Shown: piece by piece, positions 25,832 through 34,862 of the stretch
How the letters are laid out: each line of letters opens with the position of its first letter
Position numbering within the stretch: position 1 is the stretch's first letter
From: a virus
Length of the DNA: 37,227 nucleotides
Virus genome (UHGV): UHGV-0368904
Strand: one strand, 5' to 3'
Notes under the pieces: model-generated
Databases searched by the model: none
What the model was told of the DNA's origin: nothing
What the model saw: the letters and a program-made list of their open reading frames with translations, nothing else
Program-made: the position numbers and the translations under genes

Positions 25832-26326
25832 CTAGTAATAACTATAGTAGCTATTATAGTCTGCTGTTTCTTTCAAATAATCCCAATCAACATAGCGTTC
25901 AGCCCATTCAGGAACACCACAACTTTTTAATAAACATTCTCGTGTAGGGTATTCTGCTAGATTAATTCCATGCAGCAACAACTCAACCATAAAAACGTTT
26001 GCCTCATATTCGACACCATAGATAGTGAAATTTCTTCCTTGTCTAGTTAAGGTTTGCGTATTAGTGTCATGCCCACAACAATGATGTCCTAGTTCATGGC
26101 AACAAGTTTCAAAATTTTCTTGGTCTGTGTTATTGCAATTTAAAATAATAATAGGAATTCGTAAAATATGTGAACGATACCCCATAAATTCCTTACCAAG
26201 ATCATCATAATCTATATGGATTCCTAAATAGTTTGCTAACTCATAAGGATTTTTTGTATTGAATTTTTTCACATATTTATTTACCATTTTTCTAATATCA
26301 TTTCTAAACACAATGTCACACCTCAC
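25832..26326 (-). CDS. ImmA/IrrE-family metallopeptidase (HEXXH)
   Basis: HELGHHCCGH motif. Translationally coupled downstream of the XRE-family repressor gene. Confidence 0.8.
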   Translation of the reverse strand: MRCDIVFRNDIRKMVNKYVKKFNTKNPYELANYLGIHIDYDDLGKEFMGYRSHILRIPIIILNCNNTDQENFETCCHELGHHCCGHDTNTQTLTRQGRNFTIYGVEYEANVFMVELLLHGINLAEYPTRECLLKSCGVPEWAERYVDWDYLKETADYNSYYSYY

Positions 26327-26748
26327 TCGGCTTTGTTGCTACGGTATTTTTTAGGAGTGAATTTCTCTTTGGCAAGAATTTTGGAGCGACGTACGGTTCT
26401 TTCTAAAGAATCACGTAATAATTCAGCATCTTCTTCATCGATTTCAACTCCACCGTTTTTCAGAAATGCTAAAGAATTTTCATTGCTAAGTCCATTTATT
26501 AAATCTTCTAATATCAGTTGTACATCTTTTTCATCTTTTTTATTGAATTCAAGTGTATCAGTGCGACCTAGTAAGTAATCAGTAGTTACACCGAAATAAT
26601 CGGCTAATTTTTTTAATGGCTCTATAGAAGGATTTTGTTTATCCCATTTTCCTATTGTTCCATTTGCAATATGAAGTTTACGTTCTAATTCAGCAATAGT
26701 GATTTTTCTTTGTGCTGCTAATTGCTTTATTCTATCTTTGGTATTCAT
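26323..26748 (-). CDS. XRE-family HTH repressor (cI-like), paired with the ImmA-like protease
   Basis: HTH (KQLAAQRKITIAELERKLHIANGTIGKWDKQN). The best start is the ATG at 26748 with GGAGG 9 nt upstream. The ORF is open to 26793. Confidence 0.8.
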   Translation of the reverse strand: MNTKDRIKQLAAQRKITIAELERKLHIANGTIGKWDKQNPSIEPLKKLADYFGVTTDYLLGRTDTLEFNKKDEKDVQLILEDLINGLSNENSLAFLKNGGVEIDEEDAELLRDSLERTVRRSKILAKEKFTPKKYRSNKAE

Positions 26749-26779
26749 TTTAGATTCCTCCAAAAAAATACAAAAATGG

Positions 26780-26808
26780 TTGACACCTACCAAATTAGAT
26801 AGTATACT
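26780..26808 (+). promoter_or_regulatory. consensus sigma-A promoter facing cro: TTGACA, 17-nt spacer, TATACT, overlapping the 8-bp palindrome AGTATACT
   Basis: Read directly from the sequence. It lies in the divergent cI/cro intergenic region. Confidence 0.5.
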
Positions 26809-26952
26809 GATTTCAGATATAAGAAATGAGCAAAAAAATACTAATAAAAATAGTATAAAATCTTGGCGGATTTATTATGCTTATTTCTTTGTATTTATAG
26901 TATCATGGTAGTTTTGTCAACTATTTTATCATAAAAGATTGGAGGTGTGATT

Positions 26953-27162
26953 ATGTCAGTTTCTATTGTGGCAAATATAAAGAAAATTGCATTAGAGAAA
27001 AATTTAACTATTAAACAAATTGGAAAAGAATCAGGTGTAGGAGAAAATGCGATTTATAGATGGGATAAACAAAACCCTAATTTATCAAGTTTAAAAAAGG
27101 TTTCTAATTATTTAAATATTTCTATCGATGAATTACTAGAAAGCGAAAAACAGGAGGTGTAA
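26953..27162 (+). CDS. Cro-like XRE-family HTH protein
   Basis: HTH (KQIGKESGVGENAIYRWDKQN). GGAGGTG Shine-Dalgarno. Divergent from the repressor gene. Confidence 0.7.
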   Translation: MSVSIVANIKKIALEKNLTIKQIGKESGVGENAIYRWDKQNPNLSSLKKVSNYLNISIDELLESEKQEV

Positions 27163-27165
27163 CTT

Positions 27166-27450
27166 ATGCAGCTAAACATTCCTGATGAAATTGTTCAAAA
27201 CGAATTAGCAAATAACATTACTTTCATAGTATTAAAAGAAATTGAAAATCGTTTGAATTTATTGACTAAAACCATTGAATTACCGCCATATCCTAACAAA
27301 TCGCAAGTAAGAAAGATTTTAGAGATTGGCGATGAAAAATTGAATAATTGGATTTCAAAAGGTTTAAAAATTCAACAATGGAGTAATCAGGATATTCGGA
27401 TTGAACGATCTGAATTACAAAGATTTCTAAAAGAAACTTTTGAAATTTAA
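27166..27450 (+). CDS. excisionase-family (HTH_17/MerR-like) DNA-binding protein
   Basis: The C-terminal half (NKSQVRKILEIGDEKLNNWISKGLKIQQWSNQDIRIERSELQRFLKE) fits the Xis/HTH_17 pattern. Confidence 0.45.
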   Translation: MQLNIPDEIVQNELANNITFIVLKEIENRLNLLTKTIELPPYPNKSQVRKILEIGDEKLNNWISKGLKIQQWSNQDIRIERSELQRFLKETFEI

Positions 27451-27463
27451 AGGAGGAAAGAAA

Positions 27464-28186
27464 ATGGAGAATCTAGTAATTATGAAAAACCAACAAGCAG
27501 TAACAACTAGTTTACAAGTCGCAGAAACGTTTAATAAAAATCATCGTGATGTTTTAGCAGCGATTGATGATTTAAAAGAGGGGGTTGCGGAAAATTACGC
27601 AGACCTATTTTACGAAGATAGCTATATTCATCCACAAAACAAACAAAAATATAGACAAATCATTATGAACCGTGATGGATTCACGTTACTAGCAATGGGA
27701 TTCACTGGTCAAAAAGCTCTTAAGTTTAAACTGAAATATATTGAAGCTTTTAACCAAATGGAGGAACTGCTCAAAACTCAATCAAACTTACCGATTAATA
27801 ACACAGAATTGTTATTAGAAGCTGCGTTAAAACATGAACGTGGATTGACTCTTGTAAATCAACGTTTAGATAAGCTAGAAACAGAAACAACAATTAATAG
27901 AAGCCAACAACGAAAGATACAAGGACTAGTTTCATCAACTGTTATCAAAGTATTAGGTGGCAAAAAAACATCGGCTTATAAGGATTCAAGTATTAAGCAA
28001 TCAGCATTTAGTAATTGCTATAAACAATTGAAAGCATTATTCGATGTAGCCTCTTATGTAGATATTCCAAAAGTTCGATATGAAGAAGCATTAACTCTAA
28101 TTCCTAAATGGAAGCCTGACTTGGAATTACAAGCAAGAATTGATATGGCTAATGGAAACGGAGATATGTTTAAAGAAGTGAGCTAG
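27464..28186 (+). CDS. Rha-family phage regulatory protein / antirepressor
   Basis: The N-terminus (MENLVIMKNQQAVTTSLQVAETFNKNHRDVLAAIDDL) is of the Phage_pRha type. The ORF opens at 27440. Confidence 0.7.
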   Translation: MENLVIMKNQQAVTTSLQVAETFNKNHRDVLAAIDDLKEGVAENYADLFYEDSYIHPQNKQKYRQIIMNRDGFTLLAMGFTGQKALKFKLKYIEAFNQMEELLKTQSNLPINNTELLLEAALKHERGLTLVNQRLDKLETETTINRSQQRKIQGLVSSTVIKVLGGKKTSAYKDSSIKQSAFSNCYKQLKALFDVASYVDIPKVRYEEALTLIPKWKPDLELQARIDMANGNGDMFKEVS

Positions 28187-28200
28187 ATCGGTAAATAAAA

Positions 28201-28226
28201 ATAAAAGGATAAGCCTAACTTATCCT
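28201..28226. terminator. bidirectional hairpin between convergent genes
   Basis: AGGATAAG cctaa CTTATCCT. Confidence 0.45.
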
Positions 28227-28408
28227 TAGTTAAAAGTAGTATCAACAATGATTGCTTTTGGATTCATATCATTCTTAATGGATTCAATGATTTCTAAAAC
28301 AGAAGATTTGTAGTAGTAAGTTTTGCTTGATGCGATTATTTCATTTTCTTCAGTTTTAATCAAAAAATAGTATTTTTTATCAGAAGCTCGTTTAATCACA
28401 AAAAACAT
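28226..28408 (-). CDS. DUF1508 (YegP-like) single-domain protein, 60 aa, antisense to the module
   Basis: The pattern KKYYFLIKTEENEIIASSKTYYYKSSVLEIIESIKN resembles YegP/UPF0339. Confidence 0.55.
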   Translation of the reverse strand: MFFVIKRASDKKYYFLIKTEENEIIASSKTYYYKSSVLEIIESIKNDMNPKAIIVDTTFN

Positions 28409-28427
28409 TTTTGCACCCCGCTTTCAA

Positions 28428-28655
28428 TTGAATTATATCAAAAAGTATAGGAGGTTAACCATGAAAGCAATCCAAGAAGCACGATTGATAGGTACATTTT
28501 TATTGATGATTGCGCTAGGTGTATTATTGAAAAATCACTTTTCAATGCCAATACTAGCAACACTAAGTGCACCTTTCTTTATCCATTGGTTTTTTAACTG
28601 GGATGAAGCGAAGTATCAATACTCTAAAAAAGGAGGCGATGAAAAATGTATGTAG
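28428..28655 (+). CDS. small membrane protein (75 aa, two TM segments)
   Basis: AGGAGG Shine-Dalgarno plus hydrophobic segments. Confidence 0.4.
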   Translation: MNYIKKYRRLTMKAIQEARLIGTFLLMIALGVLLKNHFSMPILATLSAPFFIHWFFNWDEAKYQYSKKGGDEKCM

Positions 28656-28819
28656 CTGTGGGTGAAGCTAGTAGAGAAACATATGTGATTGGAGAAACAC
28701 AAGCGGAAGTCTTTAGAAAATTGCTCGAAGAATATCCATATGTTTCATTTGATGAAGGTGTTTATCCAGAGAGATTAAGCATAGTACAAAAAGAGACTCA
28801 TTCGTCAGCAAACGATTAA
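28646..28819 (+). CDS. small hypothetical protein (57 aa, not in the ORF track)
   Basis: AAAAAGGAGG lies 9 nt upstream of the ATG at 28646. It overlaps the previous gene's end and reads MYVAVGEASRETYVIGETQAEVFRKLLEEYPYVSFDEGVYPERLSIVQKETHSSAND. Confidence 0.3.
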   Translation: MYVAVGEASRETYVIGETQAEVFRKLLEEYPYVSFDEGVYPERLSIVQKETHSSAND

Positions 28820-28874
28820 GTCCCATACAAAAATTATACACGAGAATTATAACATAAAAACTGGAGGAAATGAA

Positions 28875-29165
28875 ATGGATAATGAGTCAAATAAATTAAT
28901 CATGTCAAAACGTTTTGAAGAATGGTTTAAAAATGCGACTGAAAATTGCGCAGAACGAGAATTATACGCTACAGCGTTAATTGCACGTATGGATTGGTTA
29001 GTTGATCCAATAATTAGTAAAAGTTATAGATATGATTTAACAACAGAGCTGAATCAAAATCATAGTAGTGCTTGGTATGATGTTGCTACTGAAATTTGTA
29101 ACAAACGCAAAGAAACAGTTATACGAGCAATCTTAGAATACAATATTGAAATTGAAGGAGATTAA
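28875..29165 (+). CDS. hypothetical protein (96 aa)
   Basis: GGAGGAAATGAAATG start region. The ORF precedes the ATPase gene. Confidence 0.4.
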   Translation: MDNESNKLIMSKRFEEWFKNATENCAERELYATALIARMDWLVDPIISKSYRYDLTTELNQNHSSAWYDVATEICNKRKETVIRAILEYNIEIEGD

Positions 29166-29169
29166 TTTT

Positions 29170-31284
29170 ATGAAAAACATTAGCTTGGAGTCAATCCGTA
29201 TTCATAATTTTAAAGGTATATCAGACCTTATGATTGAACCAAATGGTAAAAGTATTGATATTTTTGGAGATAACGATGCAGGCAAAACAACTATCTATGA
29301 TGCTTTTCTCTGGTGCTTGTTCAACAAAGATTCAAAAGAACGAACTAAAATCCAGTGGAGACCACTTGATGAAAATAGCGAGCCGATTCGCGGTAAACAG
29401 ACATCAGTAACTGTAGTTTTAGCTATCAATGGTCAGGCAAAGGAGTTTGAAAAGGTCCGAGGAGACAAAGAAGTCATCAAACGAAATTCGGAACACAAGT
29501 CTTATGAGATGTTTACAAAATACCTCGTAGACGGATTAGAGACCACCACAAAGAAAGCATTTGACGATGAAGTAGAAAAAGTATTAGATCAAGACACATT
29601 TAAGAATCTGACTAGTGTGACTTATTTTTGTGAGCAGTTAGTGGCAGATGAACGACGTCAAAAGCTTTTTGAATACTTTGGCAGCAAGACAGATGAAGAG
29701 ATTATCAACGAAACGCCATCGATTCACCAATTAAAAGAAATTATTGGCAATGATGACATTAAAACAGCTCGTGATCGTGTGCTTCAAGACCAAAAGCGAA
29801 TCAACGAAACGCTGAAAAATATTCCTGTAAAAATCGAAGGTATTCAAGCAGCATTGCCAGATATTGAAAATATCAACAAAGAGCAACTATTAACCACTCG
29901 CAACGAGTTGACATCAAAGAAAAATGATATCGAAAACCAGCTCGTTACTATTAGAAATGGTGGTAATATTTCAGAATTAATTGCAAGTCTTAATACAAAA
30001 CAAGAAGAATTAACTGCTGCTAAATTGAAGCATGATAATGCACAGAATGCACGTATTAATGGCATTGAGCAAGGTAAGTCAAAACTCTTTGCTGATTTCA
30101 ATAAAGCCCAGAAGACGTATGCAGATGAAGAATCAAGTCTTAATGTAACAGAACGTTTGGTTTCTATAAAAGATAATGAACTGATTGCATTAAATAAAAA
30201 GCATGAAGAATTGTACGACAAATATGATGAAGTAGAAGCTGAAGAATTTACAGGCGGTCTAGTTTATACCAAATTATCTTTCAATGAAAATCTTTTAGTT
30301 TGTCAGCACTGTAATCGTCCATATGATGTCAAGGATCAAGATGAAATGAAACGACATCATGAGGAAGAAGAGCAAAAACGTGCAGAAGAAATTGAGTTAA
30401 CAAATAAAGAAATAAAAGCCCAGTTTGAAGCGGATAAGCAAATCAAGCTCTCTGAAATTCGAGAAAAAGGCATTCAAAATAACAAAGATCGCGAAGCCTT
30501 AAAAAAAGAGATCGGCGAGTTAAAAGAACAACTATTGATTAAAACAGAAGCATATAACATTGCTAAAAAACACTTGGAAGATGTGAAGGAAAACTTAGCT
30601 GATGTAGAGCAGCAGATTTCCTCATTAAAATTAGAAAAAATACCATTTGAAGCAACTGAAAAATATTCAACTATCACTAAAGAAATAAAAAAATTGCAAG
30701 AGTACATTACTCAAAGTAACGAAGCTATTCTAGAACAAACTTCCGCTAAAACAAGTGAGATTACAGAAATAGATAAAGAAATCGCAATGATTGATGAAAA
30801 ATTAGCCTTGCTAAAAGAGTATGAAAGACAGTTATCGATTATTGAAGATTTCAATGAACAAGAGCGCCAATTATCACATAAGAAAGGCGAAGTATTACAA
30901 AAATTAGTACTATTTGAAGAATTCTTTATAACAAAACAAAACATGCTGCAAGAAATTATAAATAGTCATTTCTCAGTTGTTAAATGGAAATTGTTCGATT
31001 TCTTTGAAGATGGAGGACTGAATGAAGCAGTATGTGAGCCGATGATTGACGGGGTACCGTTCAGTTCTCTAAATAACGGTAGCCGTATGCAAGCTGGATT
31101 AGATGTCTCAAATACGTTGATGAAACAGGAAGGCTATATCGTTCCAATTTTTATCGATAACGCTGAAGGTTTGACTAATCACAATAGAGACTCTGTTCAA
31201 GTAGACACTCAAGTTATTGCTATGTATGTAAATGAAGATGATAAAGCTTTACGAATCAAAAATCACAAAACGGAGGGCAAATAG
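29170..31284 (+). CDS. SMC/Rad50/SbcC-like ABC ATPase with a long coiled coil and a central CxxC (zinc-hook-like) motif
   Basis: N-terminal Walker A (FGDNDAGKTT). A central coiled coil containing CQHCNRPYD. C-terminal signature-like and Walker-B-like motifs (LNNGSRMQAGL, IVPIFIDNAEGL). GAAGGAG lies 9 nt upstream of the ATG at 29170. Confidence 0.75.
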   Translation: MKNISLESIRIHNFKGISDLMIEPNGKSIDIFGDNDAGKTTIYDAFLWCLFNKDSKERTKIQWRPLDENSEPIRGKQTSVTVVLAINGQAKEFEKVRGDKEVIKRNSEHKSYEMFTKYLVDGLETTTKKAFDDEVEKVLDQDTFKNLTSVTYFCEQLVADERRQKLFEYFGSKTDEEIINETPSIHQLKEIIGNDDIKTARDRVLQDQKRINETLKNIPVKIEGIQAALPDIENINKEQLLTTRNELTSKKNDIENQLVTIRNGGNISELIASLNTKQEELTAAKLKHDNAQNARINGIEQGKSKLFADFNKAQKTYADEESSLNVTERLVSIKDNELIALNKKHEELYDKYDEVEAEEFTGGLVYTKLSFNENLLVCQHCNRPYDVKDQDEMKRHHEEEEQKRAEEIELTNKEIKAQFEADKQIKLSEIREKGIQNNKDREALKKEIGELKEQLLIKTEAYNIAKKHLEDVKENLADVEQQISSLKLEKIPFEATEKYSTITKEIKKLQEYITQSNEAILEQTSAKTSEITEIDKEIAMIDEKLALLKEYERQLSIIEDFNEQERQLSHKKGEVLQKLVLFEEFFITKQNMLQEIINSHFSVVKWKLFDFFEDGGLNEAVCEPMIDGVPFSSLNNGSRMQAGLDVSNTLMKQEGYIVPIFIDNAEGLTNHNRDSVQVDTQVIAMYVNEDDKALRIKNHKTEGK

Positions 31285-32454
31285 ATGGCACATGAACTTG
31301 CAGAAAATAAGATTTACGGAAATAGATTAACTAAAATTAACGATACCTTTATGCCACAAGTAGAATCACAGCTATTGAGTAATGGAATAAATATGACTGA
31401 ATATCAAAAGCAATGCGTAATAAGCGCTATACAAGGAATTAATACAATGCTAACAAACTCAAACTTGTCAATTAATGATGTAGATTCAACAAATATGACA
31501 GAAACATTAATGACAATTGCAGCATTACAAGTCAATGCTTCAGCTATTCCTCGTGAAGTTTATTTTCAGACTAGAAATGTTAATAGGAAACAGTTCGGTC
31601 AATCAGATAATTGGGTGAAAGTAATTGAAATGGGTATTGAAGGAGATGGAAACGATGCTATCCTTTCAAAATTTGGACGGAACGTAAAACATGTTCATCG
31701 TCATTGGGAAGTGAGAGAAGAAGACCATTTTTCGTACCCAGGTTATAAAGGATTGTCAGTAACAGATCCAGAATGGGGGCCAACTGGTAAAGGAAAAGTA
31801 GTTAGAGTTGTTTATCCTATTGAAATGTCTGACGGTACAATCGAGTATCACATTGCAGAACGAGAGGATGTTGTTAAAAATTTAATTGCTCATATAAACC
31901 AGAACCTTATGAATGAAACTTTTGGTATAGCCAAAAAGAAAAAAGACGCAAGTTATCAGCAAAAGCAGGAAATCGATAATAAAAAGCAAGAAATTATGAA
32001 CAATTTGAAAACAATGTCTTTAGATGACATCTTAGACAGTCAAGAATATCAATCATACATTAGTCCCGCATGGAAATCTCCACAAAGTAGAGAATCCATG
32101 ATTGTTCGTAAAATGAGAAACAACATTGTTAAGAAAATTCCTAAAAACTTCGAGAATGCGTATGTCGCTATGCAATATCAGTCGCAAGACGACGAAGTAG
32201 TTAAATCAGTTAGAAAAGACGTCACAGAACAAACAGCACAAGAGGTATTCGATTTTGATGAAGAACCATCCGAAGCTACACAAGAAACTATGAAACACGA
32301 TAAAGAAACTACAGCAGATACAACTATCATCGTTCCAGAAGAAGTAAAAGAGCCTGTCACTAGTCATGAGAAAGATAACGAACCAACACAAACAGCATTT
32401 TTCGATGATCTAACTACAAATATTACATCTGACACAGATGGACGTGGCTTTTAA
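31285..32454 (+). CDS. RecT-like single-strand annealing protein
   Basis: Regions that align by eye with RecT. These include the C-terminal SMIVRKMRNNIVKKIPK (compare RecT MAKKTAIRRLFKYLP) and an acidic tail. Confidence 0.55.
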   Translation: MAHELAENKIYGNRLTKINDTFMPQVESQLLSNGINMTEYQKQCVISAIQGINTMLTNSNLSINDVDSTNMTETLMTIAALQVNASAIPREVYFQTRNVNRKQFGQSDNWVKVIEMGIEGDGNDAILSKFGRNVKHVHRHWEVREEDHFSYPGYKGLSVTDPEWGPTGKGKVVRVVYPIEMSDGTIEYHIAEREDVVKNLIAHINQNLMNETFGIAKKKKDASYQQKQEIDNKKQEIMNNLKTMSLDDILDSQEYQSYISPAWKSPQSRESMIVRKMRNNIVKKIPKNFENAYVAMQYQSQDDEVVKSVRKDVTEQTAQEVFDFDEEPSEATQETMKHDKETTADTTIIVPEEVKEPVTSHEKDNEPTQTAFFDDLTTNITSDTDGRGF

Positions 32455-33155
32455 TGATTGAAATTAATATACAAGGTTCTTCATCTGCAGGTAATAATTA
32501 TTTACTTGCAGATGGAAACTCTTCCTTAATGTTAGAAGCAGGATTAAAGCCTAAAGATATTATGAAACAAGGTATTAATTTTTCAAATATTCAAGGTTTA
32601 CTTGTAACACATGAACATGGTGACCACTCAAAGTATATCAATGATATTTTACTCGCTGGAAGATTTGATGTGTGGGCCTCACGAGGAACTTTAGAAGGAT
32701 TAGGTATAAATAGACGGTCACATATTTTAAAAGCTAACCAGCAACAGAAAATTGGTGATTGGTTAGTTAAACCTTTTGCCACTATTCACGATGACAAAAA
32801 GGCACGGGCGAGAGAACCACTGGGCTTTCTTATTCTTTCACCTAGTGGAAAGAAAATAGTATTTGCTACAGATACTAACTATTTACCTAAAACGTTTAAA
32901 GACGTCACTCATTGGCTCGTTGAGTGTAATCATGATATCAAGTTAGTAAGACAGAGCAAACTGCCAAAAAGTGTTCAAGATCGAATTTTAAGAACGCATA
33001 TGAGCATAGATGCCTGTAAAAAGTTTTTTCAGTCAACTGATTTAACAAAAACAGAAGAAATATACCTCATCCATTTAAGCGACAAGAATAGTGATCCAGA
33101 AAAATTTAAAGAAGAAATAGAAAAAATAACCAATAAAAAAATAATTATTGCATAG
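32454..33155 (+). CDS. metallo-beta-lactamase-fold hydrolase
   Basis: THEHGDH motif (HxHxDH). Its start overlaps the RecT-like stop. Confidence 0.75.
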   Translation: MIEINIQGSSSAGNNYLLADGNSSLMLEAGLKPKDIMKQGINFSNIQGLLVTHEHGDHSKYINDILLAGRFDVWASRGTLEGLGINRRSHILKANQQQKIGDWLVKPFATIHDDKKARAREPLGFLILSPSGKKIVFATDTNYLPKTFKDVTHWLVECNHDIKLVRQSKLPKSVQDRILRTHMSIDACKKFFQSTDLTKTEEIYLIHLSDKNSDPEKFKEEIEKITNKKIIIA

Positions 33156-33172
33156 AGAGTGGAGGTGTGACA

Positions 33173-33931
33173 TTGAATTATTTACAACAGATTCTTGCGT
33201 TTGACGATTATTTGCTTTATAAACAAAAGCTTTCATCAGGTCAGATTGCTTTATGGCGTGCATTAATGTCCATAAACAACAAAGCAGGATGGGCTACATG
33301 GTTTACAGCAGCTAATGCAACATTAGAATCTTTGTCAGGATTGTCACGCTCGGGAATTAATAAGAATAGAAACGCGCTAAAGCAACTAGGCTTGATTGAT
33401 TTTAAAAGTAATGGTCGAAAAGCTACTTCTTACAAGGTATGCGTACTTTATACGTTAAATAGTGCGCAAGAGAGTACACAACAGAGTAACGATAAAGTGA
33501 CACTAAAGAGTACAACGCAGTCAACGAACAGTGGCACATTAATTAAACATAAACAAAACATAAACACAAACAATTCTTTTTCACCAGAAACAGATAAAAA
33601 TAAATTAAATATATACGCTGCCGTCGAACAAAATTTTGGGAGACCACTTTCGCCTATCGAAATGGAAATGATTAAACAGTGGCAAACAGAAGATGGTTAT
33701 CCAGATGACCTTATTCAATTAGCCCTTAAAGAGGCAGTTCTTAATCAGGCATTCAGTCTAAAGTATATGGACCGCATATTGTTAAGCTGGGAACGTAAGG
33801 GAATAAAGACAAAAAATCAAGCTATAAAAAAAATTAGTGAATACAATATGCGAAATGATCAAGAGGAGATTTCTGTCGATTCAATACCAAAAGTTACAAT
33901 GCATAACTGGTTAAATCCAGAGGGAAATTAA
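33173..33931 (+). CDS. DnaD-domain replication protein (replisome organiser)
   Basis: The C-terminus has a DnaD-like repeat (QWQTEDGYPDDLIQLALKEAV...MDRILLSWERKGIKT). The ORF opens at 33167, and the TTG at 33173 has better spacing to GGAGG. Confidence 0.65.
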   Translation: MNYLQQILAFDDYLLYKQKLSSGQIALWRALMSINNKAGWATWFTAANATLESLSGLSRSGINKNRNALKQLGLIDFKSNGRKATSYKVCVLYTLNSAQESTQQSNDKVTLKSTTQSTNSGTLIKHKQNINTNNSFSPETDKNKLNIYAAVEQNFGRPLSPIEMEMIKQWQTEDGYPDDLIQLALKEAVLNQAFSLKYMDRILLSWERKGIKTKNQAIKKISEYNMRNDQEEISVDSIPKVTMHNWLNPEGN

Positions 33932-33946
33932 GAGAGAGGTGCTGTG

Positions 33947-34444
33947 ATGAAAGCGTGGAGTCAGTTTGAAAAAATGATTGAACAAACCAACGAGTGGTAT
34001 TGTCGTAACAGAAAAGGCACAGTAGCAAAAATACCTAATGGAACTAAAACTATAAGGGTTGGTGGAAAACCCGTAGTGATTCCAACTAACAAGACAGGAT
34101 GTGATTTTATCGGACATTTGAAGGGACGGCCAATCGCCTTCGATTGCAAATCTACTGAAAATAAAACTGCATTTCCATTTTATGTTGGAAATAAACCAAT
34201 GTTAAAAGATCACCAAAAAAATTTTTTAAAGGATTTTAAATTAAGCGGTGGAACAGCATTTTTATTAATTCAATTCAACAAAAGTCATCAAGTATTTTTA
34301 GTGGATGTTGATGATTATTTAAATATGCAAAAAAACTTAGGACGTAAGAGTATTCCATTAGATTACTTAAAAGAATTTGAGGTTCGACAGCATGGATACT
34401 ATTCACATTATTTAGAAAAGTTAGAGCAAAACTACTGGCAATAA
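33947..34444 (+). CDS. recU: RecU-family Holliday junction resolvase
   Basis: FDCKSTENKTAFPF ... HQKNFL ... GGTAFLLIQF aligns with B. subtilis RecU (FEAKETKNKTSFPL ... HQIEHM ... DGICFVIISF). Confidence 0.7.
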   Translation: MKAWSQFEKMIEQTNEWYCRNRKGTVAKIPNGTKTIRVGGKPVVIPTNKTGCDFIGHLKGRPIAFDCKSTENKTAFPFYVGNKPMLKDHQKNFLKDFKLSGGTAFLLIQFNKSHQVFLVDVDDYLNMQKNLGRKSIPLDYLKEFEVRQHGYYSHYLEKLEQNYWQ

Positions 34445-34464
34445 CAGATTTAGGAGGAGTGGAA

Positions 34465-34779
34465 ATGAGTATTGCATTACCAAAACAAAAACATTTAAGA
34501 GGTCCGTTACTTGATTACCTGAGAATTGCAGAGGATAATGGCGATTTGTTTGCATGGAGAAAGGCGTGCGAAATTGGGCGAGAAATATTCTCAGGTGATT
34601 TTTCAGACAATGCTAAACCATTAATTGTTATATACAAAGATGGATCTTCAGAAGTATTTAACACAAGAGCTGATGTAATTTCAGCGTGTCGAATCGGAAA
34701 TGAAACTTTGCGAAAATGTTTGGAGACTGGCAAACAAGATAGATTGGGTCGCTGTTATGACTATGCCATTTTAGAGTAG
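34465..34779 (+). CDS. hypothetical protein
   Basis: AGGAGG lies 7 nt upstream of the ATG at 34465. Confidence 0.45.
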   Translation: MSIALPKQKHLRGPLLDYLRIAEDNGDLFAWRKACEIGREIFSGDFSDNAKPLIVIYKDGSSEVFNTRADVISACRIGNETLRKCLETGKQDRLGRCYDYAILE

Positions 34780-34862
34780 CAAATTGTAATAGCTAATCGT
34801 ATCTTTTGGCTCAAGAGGTTAGTCATTATGAATTTTAAAATTATGAGTTTGGAGGGGGAGCA

